DNA of 63,978 nucleotides, filler included, from Choristocarpus tenellus KU-1152 (lineage: Eukaryota; Protista; Phaeophyceae): assembly GCA_964200185.2 (NCBI GenBank). It is 10 parts of 10 records of this genome, joined end to end, with 100 filler letters (N's around TTAATTAATTAA, not from the genome) between each part and the next. Parts side by side here need not be neighbours in the genome. Positions count along the whole stretch, not along the records: positions 10,899 to 19,327 come from CAXNAD020004718.1; positions 19,428 to 26,262 come from CAXNAD020007246.1; 8 more parts are not named here. One strand, given 5' to 3'. Position 1 is the first letter of the stretch; each line of letters opens with the position of its first letter. Below are positions 11,970 through 24,725 of the stretch, one piece after another. Made by a program: the position numbers and the translations under genes. A model generated the notes under the pieces. The model did not search any database. It was given only the letters and a program-made list of their open reading frames with translations, and had not been told where the DNA came from.

Positions 11970-13857
11970 GATTGGACGGACAGGGATGGCAGACAGCACA
12001 GTAACACGTATACGAAACTTCTATACATCGACACATTCTGCACATAGGAGATAGTCCACCTTCCGTCTTACAAGATCATCCGTGCGGGACGACACGACCC
12101 ACGTGTCCCAAACCTCAGTGGCATCAAGTCCATGCACAGGTTCTTCACTGGTCGGCTCACCACCGGAGACTCCCGTACATTGATATACACCGAACTGTCG
12201 TGCTACTGCACGAACTGTTCCATTGGCAACCTGACCCAGTGCGGGTGGCAACTAACACGCGTGCCCCCACTTAAGGAGATAGACTTCAGATTTTCCACAG
12301 AAGCGTTAACTGGTGATATGTATCTGGGAAGTCAGCCGTTGAGGAAGAAGAGACAGCTCGCCGAGGGGAACATATGCATTGTGCGGATGCAGCCATCGGA
12401 GTGCAATGGTATAGAGTTCTTGCCATTCACTGTCCACCGCAAGAACACGATTCAATGGAACGCCAGACACCACTCCAGCTACGGAGGGATGTTCAGTGCT
12501 GGAGATGAGGTCGTCTTTGTCACTGAAGACATTGAGGTGGTGAGTGCGAGATTTGTTGATGGAGTGCCAACTATTCACATGTCACGGACGGACAAGGTGA
12601 GAAACGCTTCTTATTGCTTCTAAGAGAACAATGCCCCACACGAATGAACCCACGCTGTCCATATACAGATGTCACATATCCCCTTATATCCCCTCTAACC
12701 CATATAAATTCCTCCCATTACGCCCAATCCTGACATCCAAACCAGTTTTATTTTGTTCTCCCAATATGCAACCGCCACTGACACCTTTCGCATTATACTT
12801 TACACCTTACGTAGGGCAAATAAACGCATCCCATTCATTCATTCCGCTGCCTAAGTGTATCCTCTATCATACATAGAACTATCCGTTTCTCAAAAAGATC
12901 AACAAACCAACACCTCTATACAACCAAACAAGGCCATCACGCGCAAACACATGCCAATAGTCCTACACACCAACACAAACCCTGCAACAAACATGTTTGT
13001 GGTGATGCAGGACGCACAACCGGGTCCCCGTGTCGTGCCCCTTCAGGCTATCATCATTCCAAACTTCACAGACATCCACCACAACCACCTGGACAACACA
13101 TTCACGATCCTGCCTGGTCAATACCAGAGGTTCACCTCGGAATCCAGCTGGCAATCCCTTGGTGGGATACCTGCTCGCTTCTCTAGGCAACTCAGACTTG
13201 GGGACACATCCGACTCCATGTTCGGTCGAGGAACCAGCTTCATCCTATTCACGAGTGGGGGGGCCATCGTACAGGGGAAGGTCCGCAATGTTCACGTAGA
13301 TGGTTCAGGGGCATACATTTACTCAGTGTCCTACTACCTCCAGGACGATGACGAAAAATCTTTGCCTCTCAACTGGGGTCATACATGACGGAGGACAAGA
13401 ACGAGGAGGGTGTCAACCAACTTCGAGAGAAGAACAACAAGACGGACGGTGCGGAGGCTGCAGCCCTGTGCTTCAGACAACGCTGTCGGTCGACTGTTGA
13501 CCACCAGCAGAGTTGTAGGGACATTGAGAAGGATACATAGAAATATATACTCCTTGAACCGACACTGAGTTATGTGCCCGATTAAAATGAGGGAGAAACA
13601 CTCAATGCCAGAGTCAAGGACAGGGGAGACTGTATTTTTTTGTTTGGGACGATCAGTGGATGCGAGGGACCGTGACCAAGTACCAGCCCCACTACACGGT
13701 GAAATTTAGAGAGGAGGGAGTCAGCTACCCCACTGAGGTTAAATGGGAGAATGGCGACTTGCGAAATATCCAGCTTCTTCTCCAACACTACAGTATTGAC
13801 CAAGACGCTCCTACACGGGCCTGGTTCTGGACAAGTCCTACATTGCCACCATACTGA
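11970..13857 (+). pseudogene. Decayed, probably spliced C-terminal part of a Sola2-like DDD transposase with a terminal Tudor-like domain
   Basis: From a candidate acceptor (cttag|G, 11970): ...FCT*EIVHLPSYKIIR...VPNLSGIKSMHRFF...YTELSCYCTNCSIGNLTQC. This resembles the V-x-G-(T/I)-x-x-x-H ... LSCxCxxC...C tail recalled from HGKG-type (Sola2) transposases. Candidate donor AAG|gtgaga at ~12597; further ORF pieces 12855-13388 and ~13630-13857. One stop and frameshifts; catalytic core not present in this contig. Confidence 0.5.
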
Positions 13858-14448
13858 CGACAGACATGACTCTGAGGAGCAAACATAGGCCAATTTCTGT
13901 TCGTGAGTCACCCTCTACTTCGCCAGTCCGACACATTACTCGACAGACATTTTATGATGGAGAGATCCGACATTCTCTAAATCAACCGAATTATGCATTT
14001 GGTATATTGAATTTATTATCTTCCCGAAGAGTTTGTGTTCATGTGTCCTCATACACATGTATTTATTGGCCTGGTGGCAACCTAGATTTCATCTCCATTA
14101 GTGCGTTCTGCCACCATCCTCTAATAATTTTACTGCCATATCCCAATTCTTTTTCCTCCCCTCATTGCGTTGATCGGACCACAGAGCAATTGACAGAAAC
14201 CTTACTAGAAATACGTTGACGCACAAGCATCTCGTACTCAATACCATCTTCAGCACAAGTCGAGATTTCCACAACAGATGACCTCTCTTCCACACCCATA
14301 CCAAGCGGCGGCAACCACCCCGACTCCAAACTTTGACCCCAACGGCAACTTCCCTGAGCCATAATAGCACGGTCTACACCCACTCAAGCGCTGAGTGTAG
14401 GTCTTAAATGCATTTTAGTCCAAACTACATCATAAGAGGACGATGGCT

Positions 14449-14485
14449 GGGTCAAAGCACTACCCCCCCCCCCATACTTTGATCC
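14449..14485. mobile_element. Fused left-TIR stub and right TIR of family B
   Basis: GGGTCAAAGCAC-TA-C-run-ATACTTTGATCC; no matching TSD (GGCT vs CTAC). Confidence 0.65.
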
Positions 14486-15591
14486 CTACACCATTCACAT
14501 CACGTACTGAACTCAAGTGCAGTACCATGCTGCCTTATGAGAACTGGTGGATCCTCACCTTGCTGTACTCATGGACCAACATTGTGCTGGTTCTCACTAG
14601 AATAAACACAGTCTACAAAGACGTCTGTCCTTGGGCTGTCTCAAGGGGACAATATGCATTGGTATGTTTGTGTCAGTCACTGACACAGATGTGAGTTCCA
14701 TCCTTACCTGCCATTGAGTGCCTTTGGCTGTGTTCTTGACTGACTGTACACAGGACGTTCCTCACATTTGAGTGCTGCTGAGGGTCACCGACTTTGTGCA
14801 CCTGCATGGTTTTGGACCCTTGGAAGGCACTTTTCTTTTTTCGAATCTTCTTTTATACACATCGTGTGCTTTCAGGAGTTCCGTGTGCATGCTCGCTTCA
14901 TTCTTGGCATAAAGATTTTACTCTTATTTTTTCAAATTGTTCTCAAGCATAGTATTACCTTGACCTCACTGAAACATTGTCATGAAAAACCATCATTTAG
15001 CATGGTGGGATTTCTAATGGCAAAGCACTCATAAACCACGCTCCCCTGTCACTTCTGGCGACTATCTAACAATATGAGCAACAACTGTAACAGAAACCTT
15101 GCCTGGTGATTAAGATTTAGAAAAATTACTCATTCAAAATAAAGGACAAAACAAAAGCCCCAATTCTAATGCAAACCTTTGCAGTGTAGTACAAATTATG
15201 TTGTTTCAGAACAACAAAAAGAATACTAAGATTCATATTTAATTTCTTCCCCTGATTAATTTCCAGACAAAAAATTAGGTCACTGCGGTAAATTATTCAA
15301 GTACCAAATATGAAAGTCGCTCACCCAGTCCAATGGTACTCTCCCAATGGCAAATGCTTACAGACTTCATTCACACACTCAATAGGGCCCTAAGCAAAAC
15401 ATCACAAATGGTGCCGCCTTCCAATAAACAAGAAAGCTACATTCTTTTCTAAACTTAACCATAGTCGTACACCATTGAGCAAACTCTGGCAATGGAGTGG
15501 TACACCCATCACTACAATGCTATCCAAAGGAAATAACTAACAGCCAGGTTGTGGAAACAGGTCACTTCTCCTTTAGGTGTGACCCATCCTA

Positions 15592-15732
15592 TCAAGTTTT
15601 CCTCTCTGGGAAGGGAATGTCAGGCTGTAGATTGAACGCTGCCTCCCACCCACGCTTATGCAGGGTCTTCCGGACCTCTTCTTCGTTGGCGGCACTCAAC
15701 CACTCATGAACTTCCTTCAGAATGTCCAGTAC
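15592..15732 (-). other. Putative exon or pseudo-exon, unknown product
   Basis: Acceptor cctgcag| precedes VLDILKEVHEWLSAANEEEVRKTLHKRGWEAAFNLQPDIPFPERKT*; no family recognised. Confidence 0.3.
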
Positions 15733-17689
15733 CTGCAGGACCATGACACAACATTTATGTGTGCAAAATAGAAACATGCATAGAACAGAACAGGGGAACA
15801 TGTAACACCTTGATGGGAGGAAGAGTGAAGTCCTTGACAACTTTCATGCAGAGTTTATTTATAAAGAGCCAAAACAATGGAGAGGTAGGCAGGGTTGCAT
15901 TCTTAGGACATCAAGAAAGGGCTAAAATGTGCCATCTTGTACAATTGCAGAAAGAGATTTTGTTGGATTGTGGTACCACTCTGATTGTGCAAACGGGGAG
16001 TGTCAATTTTGCATATACTATTGTACACATGAAGCAATGAAATTGTGGGTATTGCATAGGGTAAGAAAGGTGGCCTAGAATGCAACAGGGTTCAAACCTA
16101 CCTATCTTACCCCTCCATTGGTTCGATCCAAAAATCATTGTGGCCCTATCATCCTAAGTACACAAAGAGGTCATTCAGATTAATTCAATCCCAATATTCA
16201 GGATCAACTAAATTCACAATATCAGTGTTCTTAGGAGAGGAGATACTCTTTAATCCAAATGAGGTAATATAATCACTACTACAAAACATGACATTTTCAT
16301 TCAATATTAACTATGGAATCAAAGAGACAAGGACTAAAATGTACCAAAACAATTCGAGAAGCACAAAGCGTGGTACAAACTATTAGTACTAAGAGTAACA
16401 CTACAGATGTAGGAAAAGCATAGAACAAAAACCGTTCTCCAAGCTATAAAAGAAAACCTAGATAAATTTATGAATGATCAGATCGCAATACCACACAATA
16501 CATTTTTCTACAAACTTGAAATTGGATTTGTCATACATAGAAGTATTTCCAGACCCACAAGCACTTTCATCACACACAAATAGGTGCCTTACCTTGGTGA
16601 GTAGAGACCCACTCTCAACACAACCTATCATTCACAACAACCATCAGGACACCATTTACACACAGCACAGTGAAAATAGAACAGCTTGTCCTTCTGAGAT
16701 AGCCATAACATGCCCTGTTGGGGCATGCGATCAAGGGAGGGCCGGAGGCCCCTAACTCAGAAACATCAACCATACCCTTCACAGCCCCCATACCATCCAA
16801 TCAAGTGCACCCCTGATACACCTGATTGGATTTGACTTCCGGTACACTCCGCCCTCACACTTCCCTCCTTACACCCCAGTCTCCCTAGTGTATGGGCACT
16901 TGCAACAGGCTGATTTGACTACCCCTTGAATCCATCAAGGGCTTCGGCAAACAATTTCCTCAGGAAGTAGCTCCTTGAGGCATTGCTAGGTGCACAAGTA
17001 GAGTAATGTGTGTGCCTGTACAGTGAGTGGCAGGTTGTGTGACCCTGTTGAGCTTACCTCCACACCTCGATCTTTGCATTCCCATGAACAAGGTAGTACT
17101 ACTTGTATTATCTATACATCAGAAAGAACAACCAACCCTGCCTCCACAGTTGTTTACACATCTTGGAAGGCATTTCAAGGTATGGGATTCAGCAAAACAC
17201 CCTCCCAATTCGACTTCTCACTCTTAAAGAGGTCACTTCTGGACTGTCTGATTTAACACTTGACATGAAAAGGAGTTCCTAAAATAGAATTGGCATTGAA
17301 CTGTACTCAACAAATTACCCTGGCAAAAGCAATGACAAAGAATAAAAAACTGAGTTAGGACTGACTGTCACACTTGGAAAACGTGAAATATACTCGTCCC
17401 TACACATCTTCCAATTCAAATACTTCGAGAGGACCTAGTAGGAAGTCTTTATTCAGACATTTTCCCAAAGATAAACAATTCCCATTTGGGGCACAATGAG
17501 ACCATTTCACCCCCAAAATCTCCAAGCATGCTATACACCTTGAACAGGACCCTTCTCACACTCTCAAGCACCATGCTTCAAATCTCAAGCAGTCAATAAT
17601 ACCAACACTAGGTCCTCATCGGCACTGTACAATATTCACCAGACCCTACTCTTGAGTAACCTAAGAGAATCCCAAGTCATCACTCTAGA

Positions 17690-17950
17690 GGCATTGTGAC
17701 TGCACCACCTAGACCAGAAGGACCACACGCCACCGATATCACTCCCTGAGTACAGCAGGCAAACTCAAGGGATTGCACATCTTGCCATACAACCACAAGC
17801 TGACCAAGCAGCCAAGGGAATATCACGATTGTGGGTTGACAACACCACCACGTGCAATGCACAATCGTAAGATACATCCACAAACTTTTCCTTGCCTGCC
17901 TTCTCCTTCTAGGCCATTCGTACAGCCCCCTCGACACAAAAATACATCAA
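17690..17950 (-). pseudogene. Degraded ORF remnant, possibly a SWIM zinc-finger transposon protein
   Basis: YFCVEGAVRMA*KEKAGKEKFVDVSYDCALHVVVL...SACGCMARC loosely resembles the region leading into CxC SWIM fingers; stops and frameshifts present. Confidence 0.2.
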
Positions 17951-19000
17951 ATCCATTACTTACATTTGATGTCATGGAACGGTTGTGGATTCGTGTTTGC
18001 CACAATAAACATCACCTCAGGGACAAGACCTTTTCACTTGAATGTGAGAGGCACCAGAAAGTCTTAGCTTAGATAGATCTCGACGCATCCCTCAGTCCGC
18101 ATGAGGTATAGAATCAGACCTTTTCCACATCATCCCACGTTGCTCATGTCATGAAAAAACTTGATATCGATTATCAACCCAATCATCCATAAAATCAACT
18201 CTGTCATCCTGATGCCACCTCTTCAGTATGTGCTTGATGCAATGAGAACACTGCATCACCTGCAGGCCTTCCGCCCACCACCTCAGTGTTAAGATTGACT
18301 TCTATAAAATGCCCATTTCCATCCAAGCAGCCCGCAAGGTGGGCAACGCTGCATGACCCACGCTTCCCACCTTTGTCCCATACCTTTTGCACTTCTATGG
18401 GAGTGGACCCTGACGTGCGCCCAGCCCTTGAGTCTATACCATGTTGCCTCCATACTGCAGTTTCACCACTACGCTCTACGCCTTTGACATGTAACTGTTC
18501 GACAATACTTCAAGTCATCTGGAAGGCTCACACACTAAAGGGATCACAAAAGAGGGTTAACCACCACAGTAACACATAGTTACGACTTGCGTACAACAAC
18601 TCCCTTTCCAAAATTTCACTGGGTTTGTTGACACTCAGGGTTGGTGTATATAACATGATGACTTTGAAAAATTCAACAAGGATTTTGTTCTACCTATTCC
18701 CTACAAAAAAATACTCTAAAATATGTGGTTCAGATAATCCACCCTTACAGGTTGGAACTTGTATCTCAACAAAGTCTTTGCCTTATCCAGCTCTTTCTGA
18801 TTACCACCAATCACCGAAATGTTTCTCTTAAATATCTAATTTGTGCATGCATACAACCATTTATCTAGACTCATGTGTTGGGAGATGGTACATAGTACAC
18901 CTACAAAATACACTTATGTTTATACATGTAATTATAAGATGTTAGTATATGCGCCTGGATATTCACCTTTCTCTGAAAATATACTAGTAAAAAAAAATAC

Positions 19001-19163
19001 CTTTTCTTTGTTTGGGCAGCTATCAGGGATACTCTCTGCAACAGCAGCAGCTAATTCTGGGCGGTACGGAGCTCCGGGGGTGAACGAATTGATAGCTTCA
19101 ATATTTTCCATGTCGGACAGCTCAGGCTTCCACCCGTTGAGGTTGCCTTCCAATGTTGCATAT
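19001..19163 (-). other. Putative internal exon, unknown product
   Basis: tgtgtgcag| ... AAG|gtattt flank the open frame YATLEGNLNGWKPELSDMENIEAINSFTPGAPYRPELAAAVAESIPDSCPNKEK. Confidence 0.4.
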
Positions 19164-19427
19164 CTGCACACACAGACAGACACAAGCAGTCACCAAAAAG
19201 CAAACATTTCATTTAGCACAGGAGGGAGGAAAAAGGATTAAGGGTACTTTAGTCCAGATACGGAATCAAGGTCACCGATGAGGCAGGGGGGGGGGGGGGG
19301 GGGGGGGGCAGGGGGCGTGTTTTAAAGNNNNNNNNNNNNNNNNNNNNNNNNNNNNNNNNNNNNNNNNNNNNTTAATTAATTAANNNNNNNNNNNNNNNNN
19401 NNNNNNNNNNNNNNNNNNNNNNNNNNN

Positions 19428-19757
19428 ACATTTTCAAATCCGATGCCTCATATTTATTACCCTTTCTACCGTGTACACAACACCTGTTCGCAGTGGTAAT
19501 ACCAACATTTTCAAATTCGATGCCCTGTATTTATTACATTTACAACCGTGTACACACCAGCTGTCAGCAGTGGTAACACCAGCATTTTCAAATTCGATGC
19601 CCTGTATTAGTTCCCTTTACAGCCGTGTACACACCAGCTGTCAGCAGTGGTAATACAAACATTTTCAAATTCGATGCCCTGTATTTATTACATATACAAC
19701 CGTGTACATACCAGCTGTCAGCAGTGGTAACACCAGCATTTCTAGATTCGGATGCTC
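19428..19757. repeat. 77-bp tandem repeat, about 4.3 copies (truncated by contig start)
   Basis: CATTTTCAAATTCGATGCC... starts at 19429, 19506, 19583, 19660 and 19737. Confidence 0.95.
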
Positions 19758-19761
19758 TACG

Positions 19762-20004
19762 TTAGAGGACACGAGTTTTTCTCTGGTTGTCCTTGGCGGC
19801 TTGGCTACCCACGGGTTTTCAACGACATTGTACTTACTCCAAAATATTTTGGAGAAGTACAATGTCTACATTATGGAAAGGAGTGTTCGGAAAGAGGACA
19901 CTGACATCTCCAAACAATAAAGATGACAAGAATTACAGCGAAAATGCAACATTTGAATTCTACCACCAAATGGACGCGGCCCTACCCCTAAGATATTTCG
20001 ACCC
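19762..20004 (+). mobile_element. MITE family A copy, diverged, left TIR truncated
   Basis: TTAGAGGACACGAGTTTT ... CAAATGGACGCGGCCCTACCCCTAAGATATTTCGACCC; hairpin remnant TACTCCAAAATATTTTGGAG. Confidence 0.8.
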
Positions 20005-20359
20005 GCACCCATGATACGAACCCTAGCCCTGACGAAAATAAATCGCCTACATTTTGAACACTAATCCCAATCCGCTATTTACAGATTTCACCTTGCATCG
20101 AACACGTGAATGTAGAATTAATTCAACGGCTTTCATCTGAAATGACTACAGCGAATTCGACCAAAACCTCTTTCCGAAATTAGAACAAATGTTGCAGTCA
20201 CATATGTTGGGAGTAATCAGACAACTGATCCGAAATAGAAGCAAGATTCCACGACGCAATTTCACGCACCATAACATCCGTCTGTCCAGGGTGATGTGGT
20301 GACATCTTCGATACGCACGTGTAAGGGCTCTGATACTATTGGAACCTTTCCAATAAGGT

Positions 20360-21007
20360 TCGTATCGGAAACGGACATACACCCCTCCAAACCTTCTTGT
20401 TGCGCTTTGAAATTTGATGGTCTTTACCGTTCGACAGAACACATCAAATTCATTCATTAGTCGCTGCCTTATATCAAGCACAAACCTACGCATGGTTGCC
20501 CTCCGGACATCCAACTCGGGTCAGCGCGTAAATTCCTTTCATCTTCATCTTTCACTTTCGCGGTTCGACGTAATGTCTTCCTACTCAGGTTGTTCGTATT
20601 TCAAATGGACACACACACCCCCAACCGTCTTGCCGCGCTTTGGAAATTGATGACCTTCACCGTTTGACAGAACACATCAAATTCAGTCATCACTGTCTGC
20701 CATATGTCAAGCATATAAACCTGTGCATGTTTGCCCTCCCGACATCTAACCCGGGTCGGCGCGTAAATTCCTTTCATCTTCATCTTTCACTTTCGAGATT
20801 CGACGTAATGTTTTCCTGCTCAGGGTTACTGTTTCAGATCGACACACACACCCAACGGTCTTGCCACGCTTTGGATATTGATGGCCTTTACCGTTCGACA
20901 GAACACATGAAATCCATTCATTACTGTCTCTGCCCTATGTCAAGCACAAACCTGTGCATGACTGCCCTCTCTACATGTTACCTTGGCCGGCGCGTAAATC
21001 CTTCCCT
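20360..21007. repeat. ~233-bp tandem repeat, about 2.8 copies
   Basis: GACAGAACACAT at ~20433, 20666 and 20897; GCGTAAAT at ~20526, 20761 and 20992. Confidence 0.9.
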
Positions 21008-21639
21008 TCTGCGTCCGGTGTTGGTGTATTCTCATATTCAATATTCATTCCCATGTTGACCAGGTTTACCGTTCGATATAATATATTAGTAAATATAGCG
21101 GCCTTTGAGGAAAGCGCTACGCCATCTCATGTCCACAGCATGTTACCCTGAACACCAGTGACGAATACACAGGCAAGCAATTACATCATTGTACACGACA
21201 TCGCCATATGTTAACATCCAAACATGGTTCCCTACACCAAACACACAACCTAGACTCTCACAGATCTCACCGACAATTGACAGTTTCACAGCGAACATTG
21301 TCACAGGGTTCTCCGGTTTTATATGTTGCGAAGTTGCTCGTCGAACAGATTGATGCATACTTTCGCTGTGTTGTACCGATCGACAGAACCCAGCAAAAGA
21401 AGGGAAATTATGTCGCAGTTACATGCTAGTCCTAGACGCATCCTCTTCACCCTATGTTACCAGCCCTACTTGTCTTCCTGATTTATGGGACGAACCGCAA
21501 GTCCTCTAATCTATCCATCCTTTCCTCAGCCCCTGCATCTCCTCTGTATCCTGCCTCGCTTACTCCTTCTCACCAACCTCTACCTCATCCTTTGCCTCTT
21601 GACGCTAACACCTCCTCCCATTGTTTTGACTCGCCACGT

Positions 21640-23340
21640 CCTTTGCCTACTCCACCATCACAGAGACAACACGAGTCACAAACATTGTGATCACGCCAGA
21701 CAAAAACGACACATCCGAGCACGACCTTGACAAGTTCAAGCCGAAATAAGCGCCACCCACGAGAGAGAAGTCACCCTTCTCCAGACCCGACCAAGCGGCA
21801 TGGTAATCACATGCACCACCCTCGGGGACAACCTCAATCCGGATCGTACCCAACTCCTCATGGACGAACTTTCCACCTTCCACAATTTTGCACTGGTGAA
21901 GACACCGGCAGCTGGTGGCGTATCCACACCTGTACCTTGTGGAAGACCCAACCCACCAGGTGATGATGAAGAGGAACAGGATAACACATCACCTATCCCT
22001 GCAGTAGGTACGGGAAGCAGGACTCTACAAGGAGGGAGGCATACAACCACACCCTCGGAACACGACTCTGAAGGTGATGGGGACTGACCCGTTTGTAACG
22101 CTTTGTCAGGTCCAGAGGAACTTGCACAGGAGGACGTGAGGGGGCAGCTAGGTAGGGACTCAGAGTCCACGCCTGTCAGGAGTGACCCATGTATGTCCCC
22201 AAACGCCCATTCGGTGGGCAGCGACGGCAATAAGTCCAAGGTGCCAGGGAGCACCTACCACGATACTGTGGGGCGAAGGGAAAACCACGCCCATGCTCAT
22301 CCAACCACAACACCGAGGGACAAGCCTTCCGTGAAAGGTAACGGAAAGAGGAGGAAAAGGACAATATTTCGGAAGAACAGGTTGAGAGAAGAATCATAGT
22401 GATGGGGACCAACCCGATTGTGACGCTTTGTCAGGTCCAGAGGAACTTGTACAGGGGGATGAGGGTGGGCGTTCAGGCACGGACTCAGAGTCCATGCCTG
22501 TCGGGAGTGACCCCGGAATGTCCCCAAATGCCCATTCGGTGGGCAGCGGTGGCGACGAGTCCCAAGTGCCAGGGAACACTTATGTCCACCATACTGCAAG
22601 ACCAAGTGAGAACCGCATCGATGCCGATCCTACCTCAACCCCGAGGGACAAGCCTTCCAAGAAGGGCGAAAGAAAGGGGAAAAGGACACTAATTAGGAAG
22701 AAGAAGGTGAGAGAAGGTGCTGGATGGATGAGACCCTTCAAATAGCCTCGTGGTCCTGATGGCAGTGCTTTAGGACCTGGCTTCTTCGCGGACCTCTTCG
22801 CTTCTGCCAAAATGGGCAGATACGTGGTAAATCCATGTTCATCTACCTTGAGATACAACGATGACGTCAAAAGGTCATCTCATGGTGATAAGTATTGTTT
22901 CGCACAGGACGCGACTGACTCCGGCAATGTATCCGATGTGGGGATCACCGAAGCCTTCATGGAGGCATGCCTTACCAAGCTCCTACGATCGGCAACGAAA
23001 CCTGCTTCTTCTTCAAACAGAGTCGAGTGCAGACTCCAATCCTTACCTAAGTCATATACAACCTTGGGTTCAGGATCATCAAGGCCAGTAAATGGACTGT
23101 TTTCAGGGATGAATGCTACGCCCACGAGCCCACAGAGGAAAATCTTGGCGGTCGTGGAGGGAAAACCAGGCAACACGTTGCATCCCGAGCATGTGAAGCA
23201 CTCCAGGAGAGGAAGGCTATCTTCTTGAGCCTCGTGAAGCCCGAACCTTGGAACGCCAGGTACTCCACACGACTAAATCTATGGCACCTTCTTGTCGAGG
23301 CATACCCTAAGCTCACAAAGTGGCGGGAGAAGGGTGACTA
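21640..23340 (+). pseudogene. Decayed ORF of unknown function inside a putative large family B element
   Basis: Consecutive + strand ORF pieces (21800-22087, 22103-22399, 22428-22745, 22812-23228) broken by single stops or frameshifts; acidic/Pro-rich middle with Lys/Arg clusters; right TIR lies downstream at 24725. Confidence 0.4.
22074..22716 (+). repeat. 325-bp direct duplication encoding two SGPEEL...TPRDKPS...KRT peptide copies
   Basis: GTGATGGGGAC...CGCTTTGTCAGGTCCAGAGGAACTTG at 22074 and 22399. Confidence 0.92.
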
Positions 23341-24680
23341 ATGCAATTTCGAGTCCGTCCACTAATTGAAATAGGGCTTCAGTCGTTTCAGTTTTTTGTT
23401 GAAGTACGGGTAGAGTTACAGGTACACTGATTTATGCATCAGTGTACCTTGCCTTGGTGTCCGACTACCATGTTCATGCACTTTCCATTCGATGAGTTAT
23501 GCATTTAGGCAGTGGTATCGGATACATTGCTACCAGTCAGAGTCGTCAGCGTATCATATATCTTGCTCACGTTGATGATTAGACCTATGTTATTATTTGT
23601 TTAAACGAGCGTGTCTGCTACAAGGTTTATATAGTACATCAATCAAACAACTCTTCTCAATCTTCTCAGCTAACCTTTCCAAACAGTTCGCCAGGGCCTG
23701 CGATGGATACCCTGTCCTTCTCAAAGCTGCTAATATTCCCTGAAAAAATAACGCACCTCCCCCTTCTTCTCAATACTCTATGCGCCATCTCATGCTTTGT
23801 TCAAGTGTCGGCAAACTAGAAACGATCTCGTCCTCCTTCGAATCTTGGAGGATCACATAACGAAGTCCACGCACAATGCTCCTAAGCACAGCGCCAACCC
23901 AGGACCTCTGGAAGTGTACCTTGAAATACTTTCAGAGAAACGTACGACAATAGACCTTGACCAATAACCATTCGTATACACCTCCAGATTCCCTCCACAT
24001 ATTACATGAGAGATATAATACACTAACCCGAAAACAAAACCTGACCCTTTTCCCTTCCTTCATATCAACAACTTCAACCCTCACAACCTCAGCAACAACC
24101 ACGTCTGTTTACATACTAAATCCGACACATACACGCGAATAAACAAAGTAATACATTTAAACTGTACATTTTATATGTCTTGGTTCCTTGTGCACACACC
24201 GTGTGAACAGGCCCGAACTGACAGTCCTCTTTGTGTACATACCAGACACAACTCATTCAAGCAAATAAACGAAAAAACAACCTCGCAAAAGCCCATAGTC
24301 TTTTCTTCCATTCCTCACCGTAACAGTTGGAAAACACATCCTAACCGACAGCCCTCTTTATGTGCTAATCAAATCCCACTCGTGCAACCAAACAAACCAA
24401 TACCCAGCCCTGGAACAACCTAACCCATATCTCTTTTATTCTTCATCGTCACTGCACGACCAACATACATAAATCAATAATCCAGTATGAACAGACTCGA
24501 AATTCGACACATGTAAAGGTCGAAACTCCTAACAAAACTCAAATAAACGGTGGCATATATTTCCATTCCTCTTGCGTACACAAGGACAGAAAGGAACCTA
24601 ACCAACAATCGTTTTTTTACTGACAATTTCAAATTCTACACGTGCGACCAAATCACACCAAAAAGTGAATATCGAAAAAT

Positions 24681-24725
24681 GGGTGAAAAAAGGACGCCTG
24701 CACCCCCCCCCAGATACTTTGACCC
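24681..24725 (-). mobile_element. Family B right TIR with subterminal sequence
   Basis: GGGTGAAAAAAGGACGCCTGCACCCCCCCCCAGATACTTTGACCC. Confidence 0.85.

Noticed and set aside
19428-19757. Regular repeats as a possible CRISPR array
   Set aside because: Whole 77-bp units are repeated with no unique spacers, no cas genes, eukaryotic context. The same applies to the arrays at 33178, 34478 and 38745.
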